Source: Mytilus trossulus (lineage: Eukaryota). Taken from it: a stretch of DNA of 64,000 nt. How positions within the stretch are numbered: the stretch's first letter is position 1; every line of letters starts with the position of its first letter. The stretch covers positions 54,250,001-54,314,000 of the forward strand of contig NC_086380.1 in assembly GCF_036588685.1 (NCBI RefSeq), written 5' to 3'. Of this stretch, positions 26,340 through 39,553 are shown piece by piece. Below the pieces are notes generated by a model, which worked only from the letters and a program-made list of their open reading frames with translations, was not told the origin of the DNA and made no database searches. The position numbers and the translations under genes were made by a program.

Positions 26340-26760
26340 GTGTGCGTCATTTTTTGCGAATCTGTTTTGTATTGTCCTGAATTTATGTCTACTAATGTAT
26401 AAACTAAGTAAAGATCCATCAAATCAACATCTAATAAAAAAACCTTAATAAGACATTAAAATAATTGCACTTGTAATGGCTCTCATTGATGACGAATTCT
26501 GTATTCACATTATAGAGATGTATACTGCTAAATTAACTTTAAATAAACCTGATTTTAAGAATGAATACTGGTAAGAGATTATTTGTTTTGTATATTTTCC
26601 AAATGTTAATTGTTCATTTTTAGATGATGACGTTTCTTTGTTATATATGGTTCGATTGTTCGATTAGGTAGTGTCTTTGAAATGTTTATCATTGTTTATG
26701 ATTTGAACAACGTTATTTCTGTTTTACTTAAAAATTATAAAACATCATGGTTTTTCAATA
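26340..26760 (+). pseudogene. Highly decayed Penelope-like RT remnant in intron 1 of copy 1
   Basis: Residual KLSKDPS, KLTLNK and FLDDDVSL segments collinear with the RT at 3169-3660. Confidence 0.55.
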
Positions 26761-27904
26761 CTAGTACCACAAAAGTGTAACAAAAGATACCAAAGGAGCA
26801 GTCAAACTTAATTACTTGGTCTTAATGTTTACATCTTTTTAAATTTTAAATTTTTTTAGCAAAGCACAGCATGTCGACATATTACCTGCAACTCATCATC
26901 ATTTGCTTATTTTCTTTTGGTTTGCTTTTCAATTTTCAGGAGGTTTTAATTAAAAAGTAACTTCACAAAAGTACTGAACGATGAAATTTAAAACAGAAAT
27001 ATTCTAGATCAAATGACAAAATCAAATGCTTAAACACATCAAGCGAACAAAAAACTATTTTGATATTCCTAACTTGGTACAGGCATTTTTTTAGACACGG
27101 TTACCAATATAAATCGGTCAGTAGGTAGGAATGCACATTTGATATTCATTGGAATATGGACTGTCGGTTGAAATATCAAACCTTTAGAATATACAAACAT
27201 ATTGTCGATACAAAAAAATACAGTATCTTGATGATGTTAACCACAGTTTAGTATAGAAAAAGTAGTGTAAATTAAAAATCAAAGGTCTTTATCATATGTA
27301 TGTTGTTGCAAAATTTCATAGATTGTGACGTAAGATTTATCTGAACGTTTTTATGATTTTTAAAATACACTTCTGATTTACATAAATGGTTGAATATACA
27401 TCGTCATAATATTGTTGAATGCCAAGGTAACACGAATAAAGGTCATCATTTTAAAATATTGATGATCCAGTTATATATCGTTCTTTAGACGGAGTTTGTT
27501 TCCAGTTCAATGACAGTAGAATTTTTTCGTTTTCGTTGATGTTAATACAGCAAAAAGAAAGATAAATTCGTGATCTGGTAGAATTTCATTATTTATGACA
27601 AAAAAATAAAACAAATCCGGGGATTAAACAAAAACTAAAGATAACGCTAAATATATAAGAACTACGACACAACAGAAACACGACATTAAAATGTAACACA
27701 CACAGGATCTATATAACGTAATGGCCATTTTCCGGACTTGGTACAGGGCATTTAAAAAAAAATGAGTTAAACCTGGATTTGTATCATGCCACACTTCTCG
27801 CCTGAATGACAATATCAAATTCCACATTGAAAAGTTACATTACATGACAATAATGCAATGCAAATAAATGGGAGAAACAATAGGACAGAAACACACACGA
27901 ATGA

Positions 27905-28100
27905 TTGCTAACAAAAGTTTCCAGATTTAAAGTTGAATACGCAAGAAATGCGTTTCGTCCATGCACGACTAACCAGTGACGCTCAGATCTAAAAAGTTTG
28001 AAAGTCAAAACAAGTACAAAGTCAAAGAGGACCAACAATTCCGAAAGGTTGTGACAAATACGGCTATGTTCCTGCCTTGGATAACAACATCATTATTATT
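27905..28100 (-). mobile_element. Degenerate retrozyme copy with hammerhead remnant (27939-27984)
   Basis: gcgtca-CTGGTTA-gtc..gac-GAAAC..ttgcgt; adjacent sequence homologous to 31745-31850. Confidence 0.65.
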
Positions 28101-28245
28101 TAGAATAATAAATATTATTTTAGAATCATTTCAATGTGCTCTGGTCCCTTTTCCGTTCAGTTTATCTAATCTTTCATACTATGGGTTCTCTTTGACTTGT
28201 ACAACAGTTTGCACAATGATGGCATATTTTTTAAATATCTTTTAA

Positions 28246-31200
28246 GGTGGCACCCTACAGATATAGTATTTTTTTCCCCCCATTGAATTTTTTTTTAAAT
28301 TTGCATACATATACTATGCAATGGCCTCTATAAAAATTTGAGTTAAAAATAGTATGTCACCAGACTCGTTTCCATGGTAACGGTCGCCAAAGTTGGTATA
28401 TCACGTGTATGCATAAATACATACCTGATGTAGAAAGTCTGGATTTTTTTTAACCCTTTGAAAGTATTTTGAAAGGTTTGTTTTACAATTATTACAAAAT
28501 TATTATTTAAAATGAAAATAAAACACAAATAATGGCAGTTTTATTCATTTTAATTGATTTCGGCTACAATTTCATCAACACTGCACCACAAAAAAAAACA
28601 CAGATTTTGTTAAAAATTTCTATTTTTCTTAAATTTCCAAAAAAATGGTCTACATGTATATTTAATAGGTGTGACCTTTACTGTCTACCTTAAATCAATA
28701 CAGTTGAACTGTTCTTTTTGGTATAAATTTGCATATATGCAGCATGCGACCAAGTTTGTGATAAACATAAGTTATCTACATCAATAAGTTATCTTCATTG
28801 TCATAATTGTGGCACATAAGAACCAGTGGCAGTCTTGACTATATACTTTGTATTTAAGATATAAAATACAGTACAAATCAATAGTGTAAAATGTGATCAC
28901 TGTGACCTTCTTTTGTCTGGAAGCTGAGTTACTAACTGAGACTCTGAGAGTATATATAAGTTTGCATGATCTGACACCTTTTAGTTGCTGAGATATACAT
29001 TTGTTGTATATGAAATTGGATTTTTAATGTTACCAAAGTCAGTGAAGTGGAAAATGTAGGTCAGTGAGATCTGTGTACAAATTTACATGATCCTACATTT
29101 TATAGTTGAGTGGACTAAATATATTGTCCAAACAAAAAAATGTTGTAAATGCCTGAAAAACACCATTATCAGATTAAAAAGTCTCAAATGAAACCTAAGT
29201 TTTTTCTCAAAGGTAACTGCATGTAATTATCCTAAAATGTACGATTTACCATTGACAGCTATCCTTCATTTTTCTGAAAAACTGCTGCTAATAACCTGCT
29301 GTTAAATGATGACAATGAGACCTACAATTGATAACAAATATAACAAAAATTAAATAAACAAATGTATATATAATATATATATAAATGAAAGTGCATGCAG
29401 TGTTCAAATACTATAGCTAAAACATATTCATTTAAAATTAACTGGAAACTCAGGCTGTTAACAATGATATTTGTAATAATAGTATGTATAAAGGCTTTCA
29501 AAACCAAATAGGTTACCTTAAATTTGTTGAAATTGTACATTAATCTGTTAATATAGATTTCATTTAATAAATTTGAATGTTATAATTCTAGTTCAATATT
29601 TTTGTTGAAACAAATTCTGTCATGTTCTATACATGAAAGTCTTCAAGTATATATAACAATGCTTTACCACAAAATTGTTTTCGAAATATTGACCCTAAAC
29701 TTGAAATTATCACCAAGATCTGTTAATTCACTTTTATGACTGCTTACATGTAAGTGCAAATATGAATATAATTATGGTCCTCATTATACTTTATATCTAC
29801 TTATAAAAAAATACTTTGAAATTACACATGTATATGACTAAAGGTTTTAATAACCTTCCAATTATTCATTAAATTGACCATGTTTAAAACTGTTTCTTCT
29901 TTTGCTGAGTTTTGAATTTATTTACAGGATTCTTTTGCAACTGCAAATATTTTCTTTCCAGTTTCATTCTCCTTTTTCTTTAAGTATGTCTGATGAATTC
30001 ACAAAAAGTACATTCAATCCATTAAGGAAATTGTTGAAATGTGTGGCACAAATTCCTGCATGTATCATTCCTGAAAAATATGATATGAAATGTCAGTCTG
30101 CACCTGTATTGGTTAATTAGACAAACTATAAACTATTCAGACTTGAGTTCATAATTTTATTTGGGATATTCAATTATTTTTTCAATTTATATTTATATAA
30201 TATGATTGTGAATTCATGTTTACTTTTATTCTTATACATATACAATGTAGATCACAGACTCATATTCATTTCTAATAATGTGGAATGAGGGTGAGTGCCC
30301 CCCTTCTTAATTTTCTTTTTTGCTTTTATCCTTTATAGATTATCCTGCATACACATCATTCTAGATGTTTTTAAATTACTACATATGTAAGTTATGACTA
30401 TCAGACCACTTGGTCTCTGATCACATGCAAAAGATGACTTAATATGAAAATTCTGATTATAAAATAAAGAAAACTAATAATATTTTAAGTTTGTAAAACA
30501 TTATTTTTGTGAATGAATCATTGTGATTGCATTTGTTTACTTTTTCAATTCTAATTTTATTTATGGTTATATAATTGCTACCAAATAAGTATTTACAAAT
30601 TAATCCTCCCCTTTTGAATGCAAAACTAAAAAGCCCCTTATGTATAGATGTCTTTGTGTTCATTGCAAAAATGATAAATAACTTCCAGGGGCAAAATTCC
30701 AGAAAAATTACTAAGTTCAGCTTCATAAAAAATTTGGACAGCACTTCCCCTCAAAATAAAGCTTTTTACCCTTAAATCACATAAACCCCAGACCATAATA
30801 GAGGGGTATTGAAGAAAGAAAAAGAGAGGTGTGGGGCAGGTTCATTTATTCAAGACATGAAACCATACACCTTCTCCACCCAGTAAAATGTTTAAAGAGA
30901 ATATATAATAAGGAGAAAATTGAATTCTTACCATGTACAGCTTTTGAATTGATAACAAATTCAACAGTCCCATGTTTTCTCTCGTTTCTACACTGTTAAA
31001 CGTGTATGATATGCAGGTTACATGCACTGCAGCTACAACGATATGGTATGGACAAAATGCCCTCCTGGTTCAAGCTTTGAAATTCGTATTTCCGTTCACA
31101 GACAGTATCCGCAGGGGATTTACTCTTAACGAACATATTCTGTTGTAGGTGATCAGCCAGAGCTAGCCGTCGACCTTCTTTCCATGTTTCGTCATACGAA

Positions 31201-31543
31201 AGACCACTGTGATCGGATGCCAAATTTCTCCAACTTCCAGTTCCGAAAACTTATATCATATGACCTGATAAGTTGAGAATCATTCAATACTGTGTGAACT
31301 TTCAGGCTGAAGCTATTCATATTCTTTATTTTAAAAGAACGCATGTATTTATCCTTTATGATAAACCTTCCTTTCTTCTGAGCGATGAGCTGTAACTTAG
31401 AAGTTGTTTACACACGTTGTCAACAGACGACATCGGAACTGTTACCGTGACCTAGATATACAGGCGATATATCCTAATTTTTTAACGGGAACCAGTTTTA
31501 CATCAGTAAAACGTTGTTATCTCCCTTAGTGTCGGGAGCTACC
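28246..31543 (-). mobile_element. 3.3-kb TTAA-flanked Kolobok-like element with decayed spliced transposase
   Basis: TTAA at 28242-28245 and 31544-31547; TIR GGTGGCACCCTACA vs GGTAGCTCCCGACA (11/14). Minus-strand remnants WKEGRRL..ERKY..RCSCSACN (about 31223-31010), GMIHAGI..HFNNFL..LN..VAKESC (from 30070), and S-FNSRLLAAVFQKNEG (29321-29250). Confidence 0.8.
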
Positions 31544-31663
31544 TTAAGAAGGTCCGTTGTTTTACCACCTTTTTTATTACAAAACGTTATACATTCAATT
31601 GGAACAATATAAAAGCGTATGAACACATTTTAATTTCATTCTTTGTAGGCACTATTATATGAT

Positions 31664-31890
31664 TAGTTATCAAAAGTACCAGGATGATAATTTAGTACGC
31701 CAGACGCCCGTTCCGTCTACATAAGACTCATCAGTGACGCTCACATCAAAATAGTTAAAAAGCCAAAACAAATACAGTTGAGGAGCATTGAGGACCCTAA
31801 ATTCCAAAAAAATGTGCCAAATACGGCAAAGGTCATCTACTCCTGGGGTACGAAAATCCTTAGTTTTTCGACAGTACAAAGATTTCGTCA
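31664..31890 (-). mobile_element. Non-LTR retrozyme remnant with type I hammerhead (31697-31742)
   Basis: Minus strand gcgtca-CTGATGA-gtct tatgt agac-GGAAC-gggc-GTC-tggcgt; stems I and II pair; GAAA core mutated to GGAA. Confidence 0.8.
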
Positions 31891-32827
31891 ACATATTTCA
31901 TATTAAAATAAAAATATCATTTATAGTTCCTAAATTATAATTGAATACGTTTTAGTGTTTATCAATAGCATAAGCTAAATTAAAATCAGTATATCTAAAT
32001 AACTCATTCATCGAATGTGCTCGAGCAAAATGAACACCAGAACACATTCTTTAAAGATTATCAAAAAAAGAAAATTACTATTTTTGTAATTCCAGTATAT
32101 TGTTCACATGAAGTATAAATACAAACCTTCAACAGTGGGAATATCGATGCTTATTCAACACCAGATATTTTTGATTACTATACAAACCTGTCGGAATACT
32201 ACTTGTTCCCGTCCCGAAACCAGTTGATGAGGTTTGGAGTAGAGGCTTGTAATGATGCATGTATCCTCTTATCATCTGCAGTCAACCTACAGTCTCAAGA
32301 CTTTTATGAAATTTGTATTGGTGGATCAAACAACAAAGTGACAAATATCCGTCGGAAACACAACACTGGGAACGTTCACCAGATTAATACAATTGATATT
32401 GTAAACTATACTGAACAAAGAACACTGATTGTGAGATGGATGCTCAATGGAGAAATAACCCTTCTTAAAGAAACCAATGGTGGAACGGAAGTAGTAATGA
32501 AATGGACAGATCCCAACCCAATACCCATACATGGTGTCGGAATCATGACTGGATGGGGAGCAGACGGACTTTGGACTTTAGAACATTCATGTAAGCTGAT
32601 CCATTCAAAATAAGATCGTTTTATTGATTCATAATGTATATAACAAAAATTGAAGAAAAAAATTATTCAAAGTGGAACATCAAAAATCAATTTAATTTCG
32701 AATTAAAAAGCTCTCATACTTCAAACAAATGACTAACAATATTTATAGTGAAGATCTATAAAACAAGAAATACAATGTAGTTGAATTTGTTTGACCAAAG
32801 AAATATTTGATGAGTTATCAAATGTAC

Positions 32828-33175
32828 TAGGTTATTAAGCTGATACGCAAGACGCGCGTTTTGTGTGCATAAGACTCCTCAGTGACGCTCATATTAAAAT
32901 TGTAATAAACAAACAAGTACAGAATTGTGCTAAATAGGACTAAAATAATATATTTCCTTCAATAACTGTGTAAATGCAGACGGAATATAGGAAAGCTCAA
33001 GATTTCTCCAAATATATGCCAACAATTTAAAAGTTGTGCTAAATAGAGCTTAAATGATATATGCCTGAAATACAAAACAATCCTAAGTATTTTGAATAAT
33101 TCATAATTTAGCAAATAGAATATATAAAAATTACCATATGATTAATATTTATGTCAACACCGAAGTACTAACTAC
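32828..33175 (-). mobile_element. Degenerate retrozyme copy with hammerhead remnant (32845-32890)
   Basis: gcgtca-CTGAGGA-gtct..acac-AAAAC-GCGC-GTC-ttgcgt; keeps the palindromic ACGCGCGT stem III. Confidence 0.7.
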
Positions 33176-34995
33176 ACAATGTAAACCTTAACAAAAAAAG
33201 TATATGTGTAGTCATATTTTATCAATTTCATTACTTTAAAGGTGTTCTGCTTTCTATTTCAGCTTTCCTTATTGGACGTTATTGTGGTATTCCTACCACA
33301 TACGGTAATATGGTGTTACTTTCTACTTCAGTTAGTCTCAGTCGAATGAATTGTTTGTTCGAATGTTCACTGAACCGTGCTTGTCTTGGAATCAACTTTA
33401 ATAAGAAAACGAATGAATGCGAGTTTGTGTCTGGTGGACAGATTATTCATACGATCAGTTGTCAGGATCGGTCATTCTTTACAGAATGTTAAAACAAGTC
33501 TGTCCTGAATCAATGTTTTAATTTTTAAATATCGGTAAATATTGATTGAACTATTTCATATTATAAAGCAGTGACATTATCTTGTAAATAGTGGCCATAA
33601 AACAATGTAAACCATGATGACCCTTCATGTTTAGCATTATACTCCCTGTTGCTTGTTTAATTCATAAGATATATATCTAGAATACAGAAAAATCATTAAA
33701 ATCATATAACTTACAGGTCATAGGTCTCATGTCAAATATATATGTTTTTCAAAGTTAATAACTGTTTTATGACATAAAAGTTGGTGGTTTCTAATGGGGA
33801 CTTATTGTGCGTTTTCTTTTACGAACCGGGTTTTGTATTGTTCTGCTTTACACTTGTTGACTAAACTTTTTGTTCTCCGGTAAGAGACTTCCATATGAGA
33901 AAATGAACCTAAGAAGAAAATGTGGGTCAAACTACAGAAAAGCAACATTATGTTTTTTAAGAAAAACAGATTGTTTTTGATAATGCAATTCACATATAAT
34001 TTCAGGAAAATTATATTATGGTTTTGAAAATACACAGACTAAGAGTGTTTCGGATGGATGCCATTGATTAATATGTAGATCAAATATGTAGATCGAGTAT
34101 GCAGAACAGTTTTTATTTACACAGAAATTGACAAATATATATCAACTTTTGTGAACCTTTTTGCCCTAACACATTTGAAGTTAGGAATATATTATTTAAC
34201 AAAGCTTTAGTTAAGCCTTCAGTGTGATTTAAATGTCTTGTTATAATTATCATAGATGGGGACATTAATTGAATTGATTATGAATGATAAAAGAATTAAA
34301 AGATCAACAAAAATAAGTCAAATAAGCGAAACACTTTGTTTGAAAAGGAAAACCTTTCTGGTATCTGGAGAACAATACACTAGAATTGTATGCAAAATAC
34401 ATGGAATAAAAATGAAAAGGTAGCCAGTAAAATGATTATTTTCTAAATAGTCTAGATGTGAGACGAAGAATATTCAACACTGATGAAACCAATGCTATAT
34501 CTCAATATTCACATCACTTAATGATTCTATTTAAAATTCTTCATTGTCAATGAAACTATAGAAAATAATATTTCAAATTAAAGAACAGTATTCTTATCTA
34601 CAAATCATAAAAACTATTAATAAATACTTTGATAGACAGATAAAGAAAAAAAGGAAATAGAAAAAGCAAAGCAATTGTGTCATGTGGGTGGAATCTGTTT
34701 AAAATAGAAGTTAGAGAGAAAAATATAGAACATTGTAAGGTAAACGTAAAAGAGATGGAAACCTGATAATAGAGGAATGTACAATATCCGTCTATAAAAT
34801 AAAAACTGATAAAACAACTGGTATTGATGGTCTCTCAATTGCAAGTTATATATCTGTTTGGTTCAACCTACAAAACTTTGGCGAGCAACACCAATTTTTT
34901 TTTGTATTGTGTTATTTATCCCCAGAGGTACATTATTGTCAAATTTGATGATTCTACGACAAAAAAAAGGTGGTTCCAATTTGCACTTATGAGAA

Positions 34996-35625
34996 GTGCA
35001 AATTAATCCAAGAACACGTTCAAAGCACTTTCTATATGGACCGAGGAAACTAAATATGATTTTAACAAAATTCTCATGCTACTCATATTTCTTGAACTAT
35101 GACTTGTTTAGAGTCAATATAATTGCTGATCCTTCTTGCTTTTGTGGATGTAACATTGAGACTGTACACCATTTCCTTTTCGACTGCTCTTTATATATAC
35201 ACCAGAGAGAAATTCTGATGAATAATCTAAGATGGCTTCCTGATGACTTTATATTAAATGTTAAGTTACTTACATCTGGTAATCCGAATCTCTCGTATGA
35301 ACAAACTGTGAATATATTAAAACATGTCTTCGAATTTATCAAAAGGTCTGAGAGATTTCTTGTTATGTAGAAAATGTATTTACGGTACATCCACGTCATC
35401 ATCATCATTATCATCATCATCATCAATGTTTTCAATGTTTACATCTATTTTTGTTTAATTTTTTTTTCTTAATTGACAGACTTGTAAAATATTGTTTATT
35501 TTGATATTGCATGCTCATATTAATATTGTATTATAAATTATTGTCATTCGGAGCGGACTTCATAAGTATGGCTTTCTTGTATCCAATCCATTTTACTTTG
35601 AGTAAATAACATATGTTTAAACTAA
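34996..35625 (+). mobile_element. 5'-truncated LINE 3' end (CR1/L2-group ORF2 C-terminal zinc-binding region plus 3' UTR)
   Basis: YG-RKLN..LNYDLFR-NII-DPSC-CG-ET-HFLFDC-Y-R..LL-G..V-EFI-S-RF-stop; (CAT)n in the UTR. Confidence 0.75.
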
Positions 35626-37029
35626 ACCTGATAAGGCTGATGACATGTGCGTTTTATGATAGACCACCAGTTACCACGTTTAAAACTAATGAAAACTATT
35701 GTCACCTATAAAAAAAATCCAAAAAGGGTACGTATCTGGAAAATTTTTTGTCTAAATACTCGTGAAAGGCACATATTATGTTTCCTTAGTTCAGTGTTTT
35801 TGTCTAAATAGCTTGAGTCAGAACATCTGATTTTGTTTGCGCATGCCTACCTGGGCAACCTAATATGCAAATTAGGCATGTGCTGATTAACCAGGACATA
35901 TAATTTAACAACATAAAAAAAAAACGAATTTAGACTTGTTTTCAAAATACGAAATGGCAAAAAAACACAAAACACAAAAAACAAAGTAATTACATAAAAT
36001 AGTACTGAACAAATGTACTTTGAGAGTTCTAATGAGTTTTGTTTGAAACTTTTTGTTTGTTTAATTCAGTTATTACAAATGTTATTTCAACTGATTGGGC
36101 GGAGCTAACGTTTTAATTTGTATAAGGACAGTCTGTTAGAAGATGAGTGTGATAAGGATGATTGCTGTTATAAACCAGTCAGTGTCACCAAAGGAAGTTA
36201 CAAAACAATGACCGGACACTTCATTGATGGGTTTATCCTAAAACACCTATTTATAGATGGACTTGTTTATTGTGAGCGAATCGGCTAAACTCCGCCCAGT
36301 CAAATGAATAAATTGAGTAATTAAAGTTGTTTTTTTAAGAGAGAAGGTCTGCTAAAAAGCTTTTTTTCAGCATAACAAACGGACATATTTGTAATGTACA
36401 CTAGGTGGACTTTCATCTGTTCAGATGAAGGCGATGCACGAGTTTCATTGAACAGATTAAATCGTTGTTTTGCGACAGACGGCGGGACAACGGGCACGAC
36501 ACTATAACCACCTCTACGTTTTAATTTTATTCCAGCAGCCAGAACTTCGTCTCAAGCTATTAGACTATTAAAGGTTGCTCTTTGTAAATACAGCTGTTTC
36601 TTAAAACACGCCTCTTTTTGGGTGATCTTGAATATTCATAGAAAATTAATTTTGTTTACATACTGGTTCCCAATAATGCTCTCTGTGTTCCATTTCACAG
36701 AGACAGACATAACTTTGGAATGTTACCAGTAAATAAATATGTGTATATTGTTTACACTGAAATCTGTGGTAATCTTCATTCGAGGTAGGGGTAGTTAAGA
36801 AACGTAGTCCTAGTTTAAAATTTGAGAAGTTCAGGGCATATAAACGTTGAAAATATGCCGGACGGCCCTATATTTTGACCTTTGAAAAACATTGTGGTGC
36901 AGATGAACTTTGAATTCTAGGATAAAAAAAATTTCAAAACATTATAATAAAAGTGGTTCAGTCTCAGCCGTAAAAGGAGTTTCTATGGGAAATGCATTGT
37001 CAATATATATCTTTCTATTCGTCTAGTCG

Positions 37030-37300
37030 TTCTCATTTTCTTGTAGCTTATGCACGGTATGGAACAGCAATCATTCTATGCGCTCCTTTGGTATCTCGAG
37101 AGCTTTTTCAAAGAAAGAACGGACATAATCACCAGTCAATTTAGTCATATCGCCCAAGGGGTATCTTCTCACATAACTCATTACCAGGTTCAAATTGCGG
37201 CCCCAATACTCCATATTCAACCATTACATTTCTTTTGTTAATATTGTTTCCACAATATCAGGAATACGTGTGATATGCACATCTTTTATACTAGTCTTCA
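37030..37300 (-). pseudogene. Possible decayed LINE ORF1 fragment
   Basis: Minus strand reads GRNLNL..DYVRSFFEKALEIPKERIE-stop-LLFHTVHK, resembling the CR1-type ORF1 R-NL..V-F-L-I..F-RVHR pattern. Confidence 0.35.
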
Positions 37301-38406
37301 TGAGTTTTACGTGAGATTAAAGGTTTTTTACATTGTTCCTTGACCTCCGCTCGCTAAATTTCAACATTCTCTCTAATTTAAGGTGCAAACTTGCAAAGCA
37401 TACGAACACATACTTTAGTTTGTACATTTGTTTGAATTTCTCATGACTTTCTGGTTCCCTAGGGTATATGACTATCAACTGTTTAGTATAGAACCGTCAA
37501 AATGAACATCAGGTATCGGTTTTCGAATTTGGTTTCAGACCACTGAGCTCTTTTTACACGTCAACTGGAATTCGGACCACTCAAATGAGTTTCAGGATCA
37601 TCTCTTGTTTTTATTCAAGACCTAACTCATAAGTCACATAACTTATTAACTGCGCTTTCAATGAAGTTAAGAAAGACAGAGAGTAGAAAAACACCACTTC
37701 ATGCAATCGTCATGTTACCGGAAATCACTGTGCTGCTATTTAGGTTTTAGATATGCTCTTGTTGCATTGAAGATCTATTTTCACTGAATTATGTTAACCT
37801 AACCATGCTGCTTTTTAATTTTACATCGGTAATTGCAATTAGATCTTTAACGCAACAAGAGCATATCTCAAATCGGACAGCTTGCTAATCAACAATAATG
37901 AATAATAGTTCAACGAAGGGACGCAGTAATCAGTTTTATTCAAGAGAGAGACACATTTTAGTTAATTAGAAAGATGTAGGGACAAAACTGTCATTGATAA
38001 TAAGTAGTATGACTTATTTCAATTGAGTTTATCAATCTGACAATACGGAAGAGGTAGATGATTTATGCAAATAATTTACTACAGAAGTTATATTTTACCA
38101 GGACATTACTTTAAATTCACGTTCAAGATTATAGACTGAACAACAAAGAGTGTGTTTCCTATAAACATAAAACTTGGTACATTTTTATTGGAAATATTAC
38201 AAATGACAATATATTGATTTGTTATGCATAAACATGTTCCCACTGACATGAGTAGAAAATTACAAAAAATGAAGAAAAATTTAAGTAGATCACAGTATTG
38301 ACCGTGGGCTTTAGTTTTTGTATCCTGCATACGAAATTGATTGTTGAATGTAAATCGCAATGGTTGTCTTCTTTTCTCAAAAAAAAATCAAATATATATA
38401 TATATA

Positions 38407-38675
38407 TCAGGAGCCTGTAATTCAGTGGTTGTCGTTTGTTTATGTGTTACATATTTGTTTTTAGTTCATTTTTTGACATGATTAAGGTCGATAGATTTCT
38501 CGCTTGAATTGTTTTACATTGTCTTATTGGGGCCTTTTATAGCTCACTATATGCGGTATGGGCTTTGCTCATTGTTGAATGCCGTACGGTGACCTATAAT
38601 TGTTAATGTTTGTGTCATTTTGGTCTTTTGTGGATAGTTGTCTCATTGGCAATCATACCACATCTTCTTTTTTAT
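38407..38675 (+). repeat. Interspersed repeat (other copies at about 62500-62715, 49670-49850, 56300-56575)
   Basis: Shared GCTTTGCTCATTGTTGAA-CCGTACGGTGACCT..GGATAGTTG-CTCATT..CAATCATACCACATCTTC. Confidence 0.75.
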
Positions 38676-39553
38676 ATAAGTCTGAAAATTACACCAAACA
38701 ATGTTAGAGTAAGATTTTCTGCTGACAAATGTTAACAACTGCTTTTAGTTAAACAAAAACTTTGTTACTGGTTTGTCATTCGTAATAACCATTCGTGGGA
38801 GACCGAACTAGGATAATGTCATAAAATGTGTTTGAGTATATGAACCATTGAAGGCGTGCTATAATTATGAAATGAAGAAGGGGCATTGGTGTAACACAGA
38901 AAGCTACAGATTAGTCAAATGGATTGAAAGCCAAAGTTTACATACAAATGTAGAAGGACGCTATTTGTCCTAAATGACTTTAAATGTATCGCAACTTAAA
39001 TGGAGATTGTCTTTTTGACACTCATACAACACCGGCTCTTTTGTTGTTTCCTAAGATATGCTGACAAAGTGCTAGTACTTTGTTGTTTAGCATATGTCTA
39101 AGAAGGCTTGAGCAAAAAGGGTGTAGTTTAATTCATAATACCATGATTTATTCTTACAAATATATGCGCTTGAAACGATACATGAAATGAATCAAGACAT
39201 AGTTTGCTTGTTCCTTTTTAGGTGTTGACCCCTCGTTTTTGGTGAGGTTCGAGTTGTTTATTCTTCAGCTTTCTATGTTGTGTCATATGTTCTATTGTTT
39301 GTCTGTTTGTCTTTTTTAACATTGTTAGTTAGTAGTTGTCAGCTTATTTTCCATATATGAGTTTAACTGTTCCTCTGGCATTTTTCGTACCTCTTTTAAA
39401 ATTATACATTGTTGCTGATCTGTCCTCTAAGATAGTTTAATCCAAGACATACAAGACCTGATAGGTAATTTTCGTGCTGTAAATTCAAACATAAAGTCCA
39501 TAAAGTGGAATCAGGTGAGACAATACTCTTGAGAGTATTTGGGTAAAATTTAA

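Larger units (their letters stand above)
25707..33492 (+). pseudogene. FAMeT-PAN gene copy 1 (exons 25707-25767, 32096-32590, 33263-33492) with premature TAA at 32116-32118
   Basis: Exon 1 MKVCSVYSMLIVLYIHSHDS with G|gtaagt donor. Exons 2 and 3 have the same lengths (495, 230 nt) and phases as copy 2 and canonical splice sites. The codon aligned to copy-2 TTA (Leu) reads TAA. Confidence 0.8.

Noticed and set aside
32203-32613. ORF-track calls 32203-32613 and 42321-42746 as standalone methyltransferase genes
   Set aside because: They are internal exons running into introns; splice sites and paralogue alignment define the real structure, and no SAM-binding motif is visible.
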